Part shown: positions 36,500 to 49,058 of the stretch, one piece after another
Layout of the letters: each line of letters begins with the position of its first letter
Position numbering within the stretch: the stretch's first letter is position 1
DNA from: Mustelus asterias
Taxonomy: Eukaryota
DNA length: 64,000 nucleotides
Direction: 5' to 3'
Assembly: GCF_964213995.1 (NCBI RefSeq)
Contig: NW_027590162.1
Span: forward strand, 186,001-250,000
The notes under the pieces: model-generated
The model's database searches: none
Told to the model about the DNA's origin: nothing
Seen by the model: only the letters and a program-made list of their open reading frames with translations
Translations under genes and position numbers: made by a program

Positions 36500-37745
36500 G
36501 GAACTGAAGAGGGACAGGTAGCATTGAGGAAGCAGGTGTTCTGCAGAAGGGCTTAGACAGGTCTGGAGAGTGGGCAGAGAAGTGGCAGATGGAATACAAT
36601 GTGGAAAACTGCGAAGTTATGCACTTTGGAAGGAGGAATGGAGATATAGACTACTTTCTAAATTGTGAAATGCTTAGAAAATCAGAAGAACAAAGGGACT
36701 TGGGAGTCATTGTTCAAGAGTCTCTTAAGGTTAACGTACAAGTTCAGTCGGCAGTTAGGAAGCTAAATGCAATGTCGAGAGGGCTAGAATACAAGAGCAC
36801 AGATGTACTTCTGAGGCTGGCAAAGGCTCTGATCAGATCTCGTTTGGAGTATTGCGAGCAGTTTGGGCCCCATATCTAAGGAAAGATGTGCTGGCCATGG
36901 AAAGGGTCCAGAGGAGGTTCACAAGAATGATCCATGGAATGAAGAGCATGTTGTATGAAGAATGGTTGAGGACTCTGGGAGTGTTCACGTTGGAGTTTAG
37001 AAGGATGATCTTATTGAAACTTACAGGATACTGCGAAGCCTGGCTAGAATGGACGTGGACATGGCGGCACGGTAGCGCAGTGGTTAGCACTGCTGCTTCA
37101 CAGCTCCAGGGTCCCGGGTTCGATTCCCAGCTTGGGTCACTGTCTGTGTGGAGTTTGCACGTTCTCCTCGTGTCTGCGTGGGTTTCCTCCGGGTGCTCCG
37201 GTTTCCTCCCACAGTCCAAAGATGTGCGGGTTAGGTTGATTGGCCAGGTTAAAAAAAAAAATTGCCCCTTGAAATCCTAAAAAAATGCGTAGGTTAGAGG
37301 GATTAGCGGGTAAATATGTGGGGGTAGGGCCTGGGTGGGATTGTGGTCGGTGCAGACTCGATGGGCCGAATGGCCTCCTTCTGCACTGTAGGGTTTCTAT
37401 GATTCTTCTATGAGGATGTTTCCACCAATAGGAAGCTGGTGACAAAATATATACTAGTAGGAATAACTAGTACCAGAGGGCACAACCTCAGACTAAAGGG
37501 ACGATCCTTTAAAACAGAGATGAGGAGAAATTTCTTCAGCCAGAGAGCGGTGAATCTATGCCGCAGAAGGCTGTGGAGGCTAGGCCATTGAATGTTTTTA
37601 ATACAGAGATAGATTCTTGATTAATAAGGGGATCAGGTGTTATGGGGAAAAGACAGGAGAATGGGATGAGAAAAATATATGTTTGAATGGTGGAGCAGAT
37701 GGGCCAAGTGGCCTAATACTGCTCCTGTGTCTTATGGTCTTATGG
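36500..37745 (+). mobile_element. CR1 LINE 3' fragment interrupted by a SINE (older CR1 relics precede it from about 35630)
   Basis: WQMEYNVENCEVMHFG...ERVQRRFTRMI; (cttatggt) tail. Confidence 0.8.
37063..37412 (+). mobile_element. HE1/V-SINE-type tRNA-derived SINE
   Basis: GGCGGCACGGTAGCGCAGTGGTTAGC...GGGTTCGATTCCC head; central GTGGGTTTCCTCCGGGTGCTCCGGTTTCCTCCCACA; CR1-like tail. Confidence 0.9.
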
Positions 37746-37757
37746 AAGAGAAAGAAG

Positions 37758-38070
37758 GGTGGCACAATGGTTCGCACTGCTGCTGCGGAATGACAGGGAC
37801 CCAGGTTCAATTCAGGCCTTGGGTGACTGTACGTATTTTCCACATTTTCTCTGTGTCCACATGGCTTTCCTCTGAGTGTTCTGGTTTCCCCCCACATTCC
37901 ATTGATAGTGTAAGTGGATTTACCATGCTAAATTTCCCCTTATATGTCCCAGTATGTTTAGATTAGGAGGATTAACAGGGTAAATATGTGAGGTTGTGTG
38001 GATAGGTCAGAGAATCAGTGCAGACTCAATGGGCCGAATGGCCACCTTCTGCACTGTAGGGATTCTATAA
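37758..38070 (+). mobile_element. Older degenerate V-SINE-type copy
   Basis: Colinear with 37063-37412 but more diverged. Confidence 0.7.
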
Positions 38071-38762
38071 TAGAGTTTTTCATGTTCGATTCAAGAGTTC
38101 ATCAAGAAGCAGGGGAAAAAATTCAAAATAAGTGTTAAAACAGCACCGATTCAGTGCCTAATGTACACATCTTTGGAAACTAAAGGAACATTTAACATGG
38201 TCAATCCACCTAACCTGCACATCTTTGAACCAGAGCACCCAGAGGAAACCCACGGGGAGAATGTACAAAATTTGTACAGTCACCAAAGGGCAGAAGCAAG
38301 CCCAGGTCTCTGGGGCTGTGAGGCGAGGGAGTGGAATTAGATGGAACACTGTTTCAATAACGCAGTGTAGACTTGATGTGCCAAATGGGCTGTAGTGCAT
38401 TGTAAAGATTCTGTGCGTTGGGAATCTAAAACATGATCCTATTGAATGGAGCAGCAGGCTTGAGGGGCCATGTGGTCCACTTCTGATCCGATTTATTGTG
38501 CTGCTGGGTCCAGAAAGCTGCTAATTGATTTCTCATATCAGAATTTACTCCAAATACCATTAATGCATCAACCCTGTGCTCAGTGACAAACACTGACTCT
38601 TGATTAAGCAATGTCTCAATTTTAATTTTCTTATCCGTGTTTCCAAATCCCTCCATGTCCTGAGCTCTTCCTCCCTTTTATCACCTTCAGCCCAACAATC
38701 CTCTGAGATATCTGAGCTCCTCTGAGTCTGCCCTCGTGAGCATCCCTGATTTGATTCACTCC

Positions 38763-40656
38763 CGAAGATACACAAGGCAAACACACCCGGCCGTCCCATC
38801 GTATCGGGCAATGGGGCCCTGTGCGAGAACCTCTCCGGCTATGTCGAGGGCATCCTGAAACCTATTGTACAAAGAACCCCCAGCTTTTGTCGCGACACGA
38901 CGGACTTCCTACAGAAACTCGGCACACATGGAGCAGTTGAACCAGGAGCGCTCCTCGTCACAATGGATGTCTCGGCACTCTACACCAGCATCCCCCATGA
39001 CGATGGCATTGCTGCAACGGCCTCAGTGCTCAGCGCCAACAACTGCCAGTTTCCAGATGCAATTTTACATCTCATCCGCTTCATCCTGGATCACAATATC
39101 TTCACCTTCAACAACCAGTTCTTCATCCAGACACACGGAACAGCCATGGGGACCAAATTCGCACCTCAATATGCCAACATCTTCATGCACAGGTTCGAAC
39201 AAGACTTCTTCACCGCACGGGACCCTCAACCGATGCTATACACTAGATACATCGATGACATTTTCTTCCTTTGGACTCATGGTGAACAATCACTGAAACA
39301 ACTCAGTTCCATCCCACCATCAGGCTCACCATAGACTACTCTCCGGAATCGGTTGCATTCTTGGACACACGCATCTCCATTAAGGACGGTCACCTCAGCA
39401 CCTCACTGTACCGCAAGCCCACGGATAACCTCACGATGCTCCACTTCTCCAGCTTCCACCCTAAACACGTTAAAGAAGCCATCCCCTACGGACAAGCCCT
39501 CCGTATACACAGGATCTGCTCGGATGAGGAGGATCGCAACAGACACCTCCAGACGCTGAAAGATGCCCTCATAAGAACAGGATATGGCGCTCGACTCATT
39601 GATCAACAGTTCTAACGCGCCACAGCGAAAAACCGCACCGACCTCCTCAGAAGACAAACACGGGACACAGTGGACAGAGTACCCTTCATTGTCCAGTACT
39701 TCCCCGGAGCGGAGAAGCTACGGCATCTCCTCCGGAGCCTTCAACATGTCATTGATGAAGACGAACATCTCGCCAAGGCCATCCCCACACCCCCATTTCT
39801 TGCCTTCAAACAACCGCACAACCTCAAACAGACCATTGTCCGCAGCAAACTACCCAGCCTTCAGGAGAACAGTGAGCATGACACCACACAACCCTGCCAC
39901 AGCAACCTCTGCAAGACGTGCCGGATCATCGACACAGATGCCATCATCTCACGTGAGAACACCATCCACCAGGTACACGGTACATACTCTTGCAATTCGG
40001 CCAACGTTGTCTACCTGATACGCTGCAAGAAAGGATGTCCCGAGGCATGGTACATTGGGGAAACTATGCAGACGCTGCGACAACGGATGAATGAACACCG
40101 CTCGACAATCACCAGGCAAGACTGTTCTCTTCCTGTTGGGGAGCACTTCAGCGGTCACGGGCATTCGGCCTCTGATATTCGGGTAAGCGTTCTCCAAGGC
40201 GGCCTTCGCGACACACGACAGCGCAGAGTCGCTGAGCAGAAACTGATAGCCAAGTTCCGCACACACGAGGACGGCCTCAACCGGGATATTGGGTTCATGT
40301 CACACTATTTGTAACCCCCACAGTTGCCTAGACCTGCAGAGTTTCACTGGCTGTCTTGTCTGGAGACAATACACATCTTTTTAGCCTGTCTTGATGCTCT
40401 CTCCACTCACATTGTTTTGTTTCTTAAAGACTTGATTAGTTGTAAGTATTCGCATTCCAACCATTATACATGTAAATTGAGTTTGTGTCTTTATAAGCTG
40501 TGTTTGTGAACAGAATTCCCACTCACCTGAGGAAGGGGCTTAGAGCTCCGAAAGCTTGTGTGGCTTTTGCTACCAAATAAACCTGCTGGACTTTAACCTG
40601 GTGTTGTTAAACTTCTTACTGTATTTACCCCAGTCCAACGCCGGCATCTCCACATC
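38763..40656 (+). mobile_element. Penelope-like retroelement (RT + GIY-YIG endonuclease + 3' terminal repeat), 5'-truncated and disrupted
   Basis: PKIHK..GRPIVS, DVSALYTSI, GTAMG, RYIDDIF; VVYLIRC...YIGET...RMNEH; frameshift near 39305 and stop near 39613; 12-bp duplication TTGATTCACTCC at 38751 and 40657. Confidence 0.96.
40519..40563 (+). ncRNA. Minimal hammerhead ribozyme motif
   Basis: CAC-CTGAGGA-A-GGGGCT-tag-AGCTCC-GAAA-GC-TT-GTG. Confidence 0.75.
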
Positions 40657-40949
40657 TTGATTCACTCCACCAGTGATGATCGTACTTTCAGCTCTCGATG
40701 TCTCAGCTCTGGAATTCCCTCTCTAAATGCACCTGCTTCTTGCTTGCTTTCCTCCCCGTTCATTTTTGTCGACTGTTCTCTTCATTTATTTCCTCCTATC
40801 TTTCCCGCGGGTTTCACTTTTTGCACCCTCTGACTTTCCGCAGTCCTTTTGCCGCTTTAACTGCCATCAACGAATTATAATTGTACAACTATAATTATCT
40901 GAACAGTTCAACTTTAAGGATTCTTTCCGCCTCCACCTCTCTCATCACT

Positions 40950-41450
40950 CATTGGTTTCATCAAATTAAATGACGCAATGACGCTGGGCTCTGAGTGACG
41001 CTGCGCGAAAGGCGCAGGAGCGGCACATTCCATTTGTTCAATGCATTGCGATTGGCTAAAGAAGATGTCAATCACATTGAGGGGCGTGTGTTTCCATCAG
41101 CACGGACTGTGATTGGTTACAATTGTCAGCGTCATTTTCAGTGTTCCCTCTGTTCAGCTGGATGGAGCTCACGGATTGGATAAAGTAGCTGTCACTCAGT
41201 GGGCGCAGAGCGGCCATTGGATAACCGCGATGCGTCAATTTCCGATTGGTTTTCCCAGCTGCCGGTCACAGGCCCATCAGACACCGCGCGGAGCGGCAGC
41301 AAATGTTCCGCCAGTGGCTTCAGTCCCCGGGTCCGGATCCTGAGCCCGCGGCGGGGCTCCGGATGGGGGAAGGGTTTCGGCAGCGGGAATCCCGTCCCGC
41401 CCGGCTGTGAATCCTGAGCTCAGGGTTTCCAATGGCGGCTTCCTGTGTAA
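40950..41450. promoter_or_regulatory. Multi-CCAAT/CRE promoter-like region with CpG island
   Basis: ATTGG at 40951, 41051, 41112, 41175, 41216, 41245; TGACG at 40971, 40979, 40996; TGCGTCA at 41231; CpG-rich 41280-41430. Confidence 0.65.
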
Positions 41451-42059
41451 ACATGTCACGCTGCAGATCCCCGGGCTCAGCAGTGGCAGCGCTGCAAACC
41501 CCCTGGAGTCAGACCAATCAGCACAGAGACTGGGATCTTCCTCTCCCCTGTGTGTGGGGCTCAGTGCCACACCGGGTTCGAGGACCTCACACTGCATAGG
41601 CCAGGGAGAGATACTGGGATCTTCCTGTGCTCTGTATTGGGGGTGGCGCTTGGTTACTCTGATTGAATTTCCCACATTGTTTGGTTCTAATTTCAGCCTC
41701 TCTCTCTTACAGTCAGCCTGGGTGTTCCTGACTGAGCAGAATGGCCTGATCTCACCACACACATTGAGATGGAGGAGTTGCCACCTGGGACGAAGATGAT
41801 TGAGAACTCCAGCCTTCTCTACACTCGTTTACTGAGGCCCAGCCCTTCATTCATCATTAGTTTCCCCAGGATGTCAGGTACATTAACATCTTCATCTGCT
41901 GTGAACACTGATCTGACAGTGGGAAGGTATTGGAGCATAATGGGGCAGTCAACCATGTCAAAGGTGTGGATAGGTTGAGAAGGATGAGCAGGGATTGTTC
42001 AGCTGGGTAAGACTGCACTTCCGATCTTATCTTTCTGGCCATATGCAGAATATCACCTG

Positions 42060-42595
42060 CAATGGTTTATCTTCCCACTTCTATTCTGTTACCACCCAAA
42101 TCCCCCAAGGATCTTTCCTTGACTCTCTCCTATTTTTCATCTACACCTGACCCCTCAGTGACATTATCTAAAAACACAGCTTTCACATGTATGCTGATAA
42201 CACCCAGCTCTACCTCACCGTCACCTCTCACAACCAATCCTCTGTTATTAAATTATGAGACACCTTCTCCGACCTCTGCTACTGACTAAGCAGAGAATTC
42301 CCCCAATTAAATATTTGGAAGACCAATATTCCCACCACAAATTCTGTTCCCAATCACTGACTCCATCTCTCCTACTGGTCAGTGTTCGAGGTTGAAACAA
42401 ACCCTCATAATCGTGGCACCTCATTAGACTCGGAAATGAGATTCTGACCACATATCTGTTCCTTCACCAAGATCACCTCTGACCAGCTGTGTAACGTCAC
42501 ACATTGTTGATAATACCTCAACTCACCCGTACCTGAAACCCTCATCCATGCTTTTGTTACCTCAAGACTTGACAATTCAAACACACTCCTGCCCA
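42060..42595 (+). mobile_element. Old L2-type LINE relic
   Basis: Decayed PQGS..., YADNTQLY and LIHAFVTSRLD motifs. Confidence 0.6.
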
Positions 42596-42791
42596 GCAGA
42601 TTTCCTTCCCTAAAGGACATTAGTAAACCAAATAGGGTTTTATGACGAGCGATCATTAGGTTTTTAATTGCAGATTCATATTGAGTTCAAATTTCACCAC
42701 CTGCTGTGTTGGATTTTGAACGTGGGTCCCGAGGGCATTACCCAGAGTCTGTGGATCACTGGCCCATGACTCCACTGCCTCCCCTAAACAA

Positions 42792-42874
42792 TGTCAGGAC
42801 TGGAATTTGAATTCATGCCTCTCGAGGAGACTGTGACCTGAATGAAGCACCTTAGACGACTCGGCCATCCTGAC
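42792..42874 (-). pseudogene. tRNA-Leu(CAG) pseudogene
   Basis: GTCAGGATGGCCGAGTCGTCTAAGG...TTCAGGTC...CCTGACA; anticodon and T arms decayed. Confidence 0.85.
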
Positions 42875-42999
42875 ACAGATTATGTATTTCACTCCTCTGC
42901 CATTTCCTTTTATTTCCCAGTCTCAATCTCTCAGTAGCTTATGTTCACTTTAGCCTCTCTCTTTGTTTTTATATATTTATAGAAGCTCTTCCTGTCTCT

Positions 43000-44170
43000 T
43001 TTTAAATGACTTGTTAATTTACGTTTGTAGTTCATCTTCTCCCACGTTAGTATTTTTTTGGTCATCATTCGTTAGTTTTTGAAACTTCCCCAATGCTCTG
43101 TCTTACCACTAATATATGAAACATCCTATGTTCTTCTTTCAGTTTGATGCAATCTTTAACTTCCTCGGTTAACCATGGTTGATTTATTCCCTTCCAGAAT
43201 CCTTGTTTGTCACTGGTATGTATCTTTGTTGTGAGTCATAAACTATTTTCATAACGTATGTCATTGCTGAGCGATCGTCTTTTCTGCTAAACATCTTTTG
43301 CAGTCCAGTCTAGCCAACTCTGCTCTCATTCTTTTCCAATTACCCTTATTTAAGTTGAGCACAGTTGCCTCTGACTCAAGTTTGCACTCAAAACTGAATG
43401 CTAAATTCTACCATGTTACGGTCACTGTTTCCGAGCGGAGCTTTTACTCTGATTGTTTATGAAAGCTGTATCATTAACATTACAATATCCAAACTGGCCT
43501 GGTTTCTGCTTGGATCCATAAAGTATTCTTCTTGGAAACAGTGTCTAATACACTCTGAATTCTTCCTCATGGCTACCTCTGCCAAGTTGATTGTCCGAAT
43601 CCACATGACGATTAAAGTCAGCCATGATTAATGTACTGCCTTTTTTCATATCCTCATTATCTCCTGATTCATTCCCCACCCTACAGTATAGCTACTGTCA
43701 GGGGGCTGATAGACTACTCCCACCAGTGTCTTCCTCTCCTTGTTATTTTTTCCCTTCACTCATTTGGATTCTACATTTTCTGATCCAAGATCATTTCTTG
43801 TTGTTGTCTTTATTCCATCTCATATTAACAAAGCTATTAGATATCCCCTCCCCAGAACTACCACCCTATTCCCCTTGCCCCTTTTAGATTAGTGACTGCC
43901 TCAGCTGCAGTCACTCCCTCCTGTCCCTGACCACTTTGCAAACCTGAAGATTCTATCAGTACCTGTCAGGATCCCATCCCCTTGCCAATTTAGTTTAAAT
44001 CCATCCCAACAGCACTTCGCAAAGCTCCCCGTGAGGATGTTGGTGCCATTCCTGTTCAGATGTAATCTGTCCAACTTGTACAGGTCCCAGCTCAACCAGA
44101 AATGGTCCCAATGCCCCAGGAATCTAAAGCCCTCCCTCCTGTACCATCTCTCCAGCCATGCTGTCATCTG
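43000..44170 (-). mobile_element. Degenerate CR1 with ORF1 esterase remnant and endonuclease region
   Basis: WLERWYRREGFRFLGHWDHFW...LYKLDRLHLNRNGTNIL (ORF 43901-44167), typical of the CR1 ORF1 SGNH esterase. Confidence 0.7.
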
Positions 44171-44524
44171 CTGTACCGATACTCATGAATGCATCTCCCC
44201 TGAAGGTGCTGACTCTGTCTGAGATCATTTCTACACCCACTGCTTCTTCTCACTCTTCCCCTGAAAGTGGTGTCTCTGGGTGCATTCAGTTCTGCACATT
44301 CGGGTTCCTTTATCTCATACATAGAAAGATGTTCCCTGGTCTTGAGTGTGTTGACTATGAGGAGAGGTTTGATAAATGAGGCTTATTTTCACTGAAAAGA
44401 CAGAGGCTGAGGGGAGACCTGATAGAGGGTCTACAAAATTGTGAGAGGCATAGACAGGGTGGATAGTCAGAGACTTTCTCCCAGGGTGGAAGTGTCAACT
44501 GCAATGGGCCACATGTTCAAGGTG

Positions 44525-47017
44525 CAAGAAATTGCAAGAAACACAAAGTTGTGATAGTAGGGGATTTTAATTTTCCACACATAGATTGGGACTCGCATAC
44601 TGTTAAATGTTTTGACGGGGTAGAGTTTGTAAAATGTGTTCAGGAGAATTTTCTACATCAGTATATAGAGGTGGCAACTAGAGAGGATGCGATATTGGAT
44701 CTCCTATTTGGAAATGAGTTGGGGCAGGTGATGGATGTGAGTGTGAGGGAACACTTTGGATCCAGTGATCATAATGCCATTAGTTTCAACCTGATCATGG
44801 ATAAGGATAGATCTGGTCCTCGGGTTGAAGTTCCGAACTGGAAAAAGGCCAAATTTGATGAAATGAGAAGGGATCTGGGAAATGTGGATTGGCACAGGCT
44901 GTTCTCTGGTAAGGATGTAAATGGAAAGTGGGAGGCCTTCAAAGGAGAAATTTTGAGAGTGCAGAGTTTGTATGTTCCTGTCAGGATTAAAGGCAAAGTA
45001 AATAGGAATAAGGAACCTTGGTTCTTGAGGGAGATTGTAACACTGATTAAGAGGAAGAGAGAGTTGTATGAAATGTACAGGCAGCAAGGAACAGATCAGA
45101 TGCTCGAGGAGTATAAAAAGTGCAAGAAGCAACTTAAGAGGGAAATCAGGAGGGCTAAAAGTAGACATGAGGTTGCTTTGGCAGACAGAGTGAAGGAAAA
45201 TCCAAAGAGCTTTTGTAGGTATGTTAGGAGCAAAAGGATAGTGAGGGATAAAATTGGTCCTCTTGAAGACCAGAGTGGTAGACTGTGTATGGAACCAAAA
45301 GAGATAGGGGAGATACTAAATGTTTTTTTTGCATCCGTATTTACTGAGGAAACGGGCATGGAGTCTACGGAAATGGGGCAAACAGGTAGGGAGGTCATGG
45401 AACCTTTACAGATTAAAGGGGAGGAGGTGCTCGCTGTCTTGAGGCAAATCAGAGTGGATAAATCCCCAGGACCGGACAGGGTATTCCCACGGACCTTGAG
45501 GGAAGCTAGTGTTGAACTTGCAGGGGTCCTGGCAGACATATTTAAAATGTCAGTATTCACGGGGGAGGTGCCGGATGATTGGAGGGTGGCTCATGTTGTT
45601 CTGTTGTTTAAAAAAGCTTCCAAAAGAAATCCGGGAAATTATAGGCCAGTAAGTTTGACGTCGGTGGTGGGCAAGTTATTGGAAGGTGTGATAAGGGATA
45701 GGATCTACAAATATTTGGATAGACAGGGACTTATTAGGGAGAGTCAACATGGCTTTGTGCGTGGTAGGTCATGTTTGACCAATCTATTAGAATGTTTCGA
45801 GGAGGTTACCAGGAAAGTGGATGAAGGGAAGGCGGTGGATGTTGTCGACCTGGATTTCAGCAAGGCCTTTGACAAGGTCCCTCATGGGAGGTTAGTTAGG
45901 AAGGTTCAGTTGCTAGGTATACATGGGGAGGTAGTAAATTGGATTAGACACTGGCTCAATGGAAGAAGCCAGAGAGTGGTTGTGGAGGATTGCTTCTCTG
46001 AGTGGAGGCCTGTGACTAGTGGTGTGCCGCAGGGATCGGTGTTGGGTCCATTGTTGTTTGTCATCTATATCAATGATCTGGATGATAATGTGGTAAATTG
46101 GATCAGCAAGTTTGCTGATGATACAAAGATTGGAGGTGTAGTGGACAGTGAGGAAGGTTTTCAAAGCTTGCAGAGGGATTTGGACCAACTAGAAAAATGG
46201 GCTGAAAAATGGCGAATGGAATTTAACGCAGACAAGTGTGAGATATTGCACATTGGAAGGACAAACCAAAGTAGAACGTACAGGGTAAATGGTAGGACTC
46301 TGAAGAGTGCAGTTGAACAGAGGGATCTGGGAATACAGGTACAGAATTCCCTAAAAGTGGCGTCACAGGGTCGTAAAGAGTGCGTTTGGTACATTGGCCT
46401 TTATAAATCGGAGTATCGAGTATAAAAGTTGGAGTGTTATGGTAAGGTTATATAAGGCATTGGTGAGGCCGAATTTGGAGTATTGTGTGCAGTTTTGGTC
46501 ACCTAGTTACAGGAAGGATGTAAATAAGGTTGAAAGAGTGCAGAGAAGGTTCACAAGGATGTTGCCGGGACTTGAGAAGCTGAGTTACAGAGAGCGATTG
46601 AATAGGTTGGGACTTTATTCCCTGGAGTGTAGAAGATTGAGGGGAGATTTGATAGAGGTGTATAAGATTTTGATGGGTATAGATAGAGTGAATGCAAGCA
46701 GGCTTTTTCCGCTGAGGCGAGGGGAGAAAAAAACCAGAGGGCATGGGTTAAGGGTGAAAGGAGAAAAGTTTAAAGGGAATATTAGGGGGGGCTTCTTCAC
46801 GCAGAGTGGTGGGAGTGTGGAATGAGCTGCCGGATAAAGTGGTAAATGCGGGGTCACTTTTAACATTTAAGAAAGACTTGGACGGGTTCATGGATGAGAG
46901 GGGTGTGGAGGGATATGGTCCAAGTGCAGGTCAGTGGGACTAGGCAAAAAATGGTTCGGCACAGACAAGAAGGGCCAAAAGGCCTGTTTCTGAGCTGTAA
47001 TTTTCTATGGTTCTATG
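44525..47017 (+). mobile_element. Young 5'-truncated CR1 LINE with 624 uninterrupted ORF2 codons
   Basis: [50 protein letters not shown]; frameshift near 46370; (tctatggt) tail. Confidence 0.96.
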
Positions 47018-47165
47018 GTGAGAGGGGAAAAGTTTAAGGGAGATGTTCGAGGGAGGTTTTTCACAGAGAGTGGTGGGTGCCTGGAACAGGCTGCCACAGG
47101 TGGTGGTGGAAGCAGGCACATTGGCAACATGTAAATGACACCTGGATAGATACATGAATAGGGAG

Positions 47166-47917
47166 GCAACAATAATCTCTCCCTCAATGTCAACAAAACA
47201 AAGGAGGTCGTCATCGACTTAAGGAAGTGTAAAGGAGAACATGCCCCAGTCTACATCAATGGGGACGAAGTAGATAGGGTCGAGATCTTCAAGTTTTTAG
47301 GTGTCCAGATCACCAGCAACCTGTCCTTGTCCCCCATGCCGACACTATAGTTAAGAAAGCCCACCAACGCCTCTACTTGTTCAGAACACTAAGGAAATTT
47401 GGCATGTCAGCTACGACTCTCACCAGCTTTTTCAGATGCACCATAGAAAGTATTCTTTCTGGTTGTATCACAGCTTGGTATGGCTCCTGCTCTGCCCAAG
47501 TCTGCAAGGAACTACAAAAGGTCATGAATGTAGCTCTATCTGTCACGCAAATCAGCCTCCCATCCATTGAGTCTGTCTACACTTCCCACTGCCTTGGCAA
47601 AGCAGTCATTATAATTAAGGACCTCACACACCCTGGACATTCTCTCTTCCACCTTCTTCTTTTGGGAAAAAGATACAAAAGTCTGTGGTCACATACCAAC
47701 TGACTCAAGAACAGCTTCTTCCCTGTTGCTGTCAGACTTTTGAATGGACTTACCTTGCATTAAGTTGATCTTTCTCTACACCCGAGCTATGACTGTAACA
47801 GTACATTCTGCACTCTCTCGTTTCCGTCTCTATGAGCGGTATGTTTTGTCTGTATAGCGCACAAGAAACAATACTTTTCACGGTATGTTAATACATGTGA
47901 CAATAATAAATCAAATC
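47166..47917 (+). mobile_element. Rex1-type LINE 3' fragment
   Basis: LRKFGMS...TIESILSGCITAWYG...DLTHPGHSLF; (aaatc)n tail. Confidence 0.85.
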
Positions 47918-48054
47918 ATATCAAAGGAATAGAGAGATACGGACCGAGTCATGGCAGGAGGTTTTTTTTTTAAGGGCATCATGTTCGGCACAGGCTTGGA
48001 GGGCCGAAGGGCCTGTTCTTGCGCTGCACTTTTCTTTGTTTTCTTTAAACAGCG

Positions 48055-48715
48055 AATAGAAGCAAGAGTAGGCCATTCGGCCCATTGAGCCTGCTCTACC
48101 ATTCACTATGATCATCGCTGATCAAATTCTCTTTCCTGATCCCACCTTCCACCCATATCCACCCATATCCCTTGATCACTTTCGCCCCAAGAGCTACATT
48201 TATTTCCTTCTTGACATCACACATTTTGGCCTCAGCTATTTACTGCATTAGCGATTTCCACAGATTCACCACTCTCTGGTGGAGAAATTTCTCCTCACCT
48301 CAGTCCTAAAAGTTTACCCCTTATCCTTACACGAAGGACATCGGTAACATTCTTCCTGAATCTACCCTTTCTAATCCTGTTAGAATTTTATAAGTTCCTA
48401 TGAGACCCCTCTCAATCTTCTAAACTCCAGTGAACATAATCCAAACTGACTTCCTCTTTCCTCATACGACACACTGGCCATCCCAGGAAACAGCCTGTGA
48501 ACTTTTGCTGCACTCCCCCTGTAGCAAGTACATCCTTCCTCAGATAAAGACACCAAAACTGCACACAATACTCCAGGTGTGGCCTCATTGTTGTCCTATA
48601 CAATTGCAGTAAAACATCCCTATTCCTATACACAAATCCTCTCGCTCTCAAGGCCAACATACCATTTGCTGTCTTGTTGTCTCCTGTACCTATGCGCTTA
48701 CTTTCAGGGACTGAA
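48055..48715 (-). mobile_element. CR1 LINE 3' fragment
   Basis: LLQLYRTTMRPHLEYCVQFW in ORF 48412-48792. Confidence 0.8.
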
Positions 48716-48778
48716 CAAAGAACAGTACAGTGCAGCACAGGAAGTGCCCACCAAGTCTGTGCCGACGCAGATGCCTCT

Positions 48779-49013
48779 TGTAATGACTTCAATCAGACCA
48801 ATGAGCTTGGCCTATAGGAGCATGAACTTCCTGATTAAGGATCCAATTGATGGACCAATCAGGGAGTCTTTGCCTTGTACTTAACCGGGAGTGTCAGTTC
48901 CTCTGACACCCCCGGAGGGACACTGCTAACTGTTAGCACTCGGTGTACTGCCGTTAGAGTTGTAAGAAAAGGGGTTTTGGTGAAGGGACTTCTGCCTCCG
49001 CAGACCAATCACA
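48779..49013 (+). mobile_element. Probable solo LTR (235 bp) inserted in a CR1 tail
   Basis: Starts TGTAAT, ends ACA (ATTACA in the duplicate at 51896-52082); flanks CCTCT/CTTCT; internal CCAAT motifs. Confidence 0.55.
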
Positions 49014-49058
49014 CTTCTCTTATCTAATATTTTCTTGCCTTGACGTGGTCCAAATCCA

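Noticed and set aside
37063-37140. SINE heads (also near 51247, 53059, 56260) as tRNA genes
   Set aside because: They continue into the SINE central domain and LINE-like tail and do not form full cloverleaves.
44551-46425. Active or domesticated reverse transcriptase gene
   Set aside because: 5'-truncated within the endonuclease, non-ATG start and frameshifted near 46370; simply a young CR1 copy.
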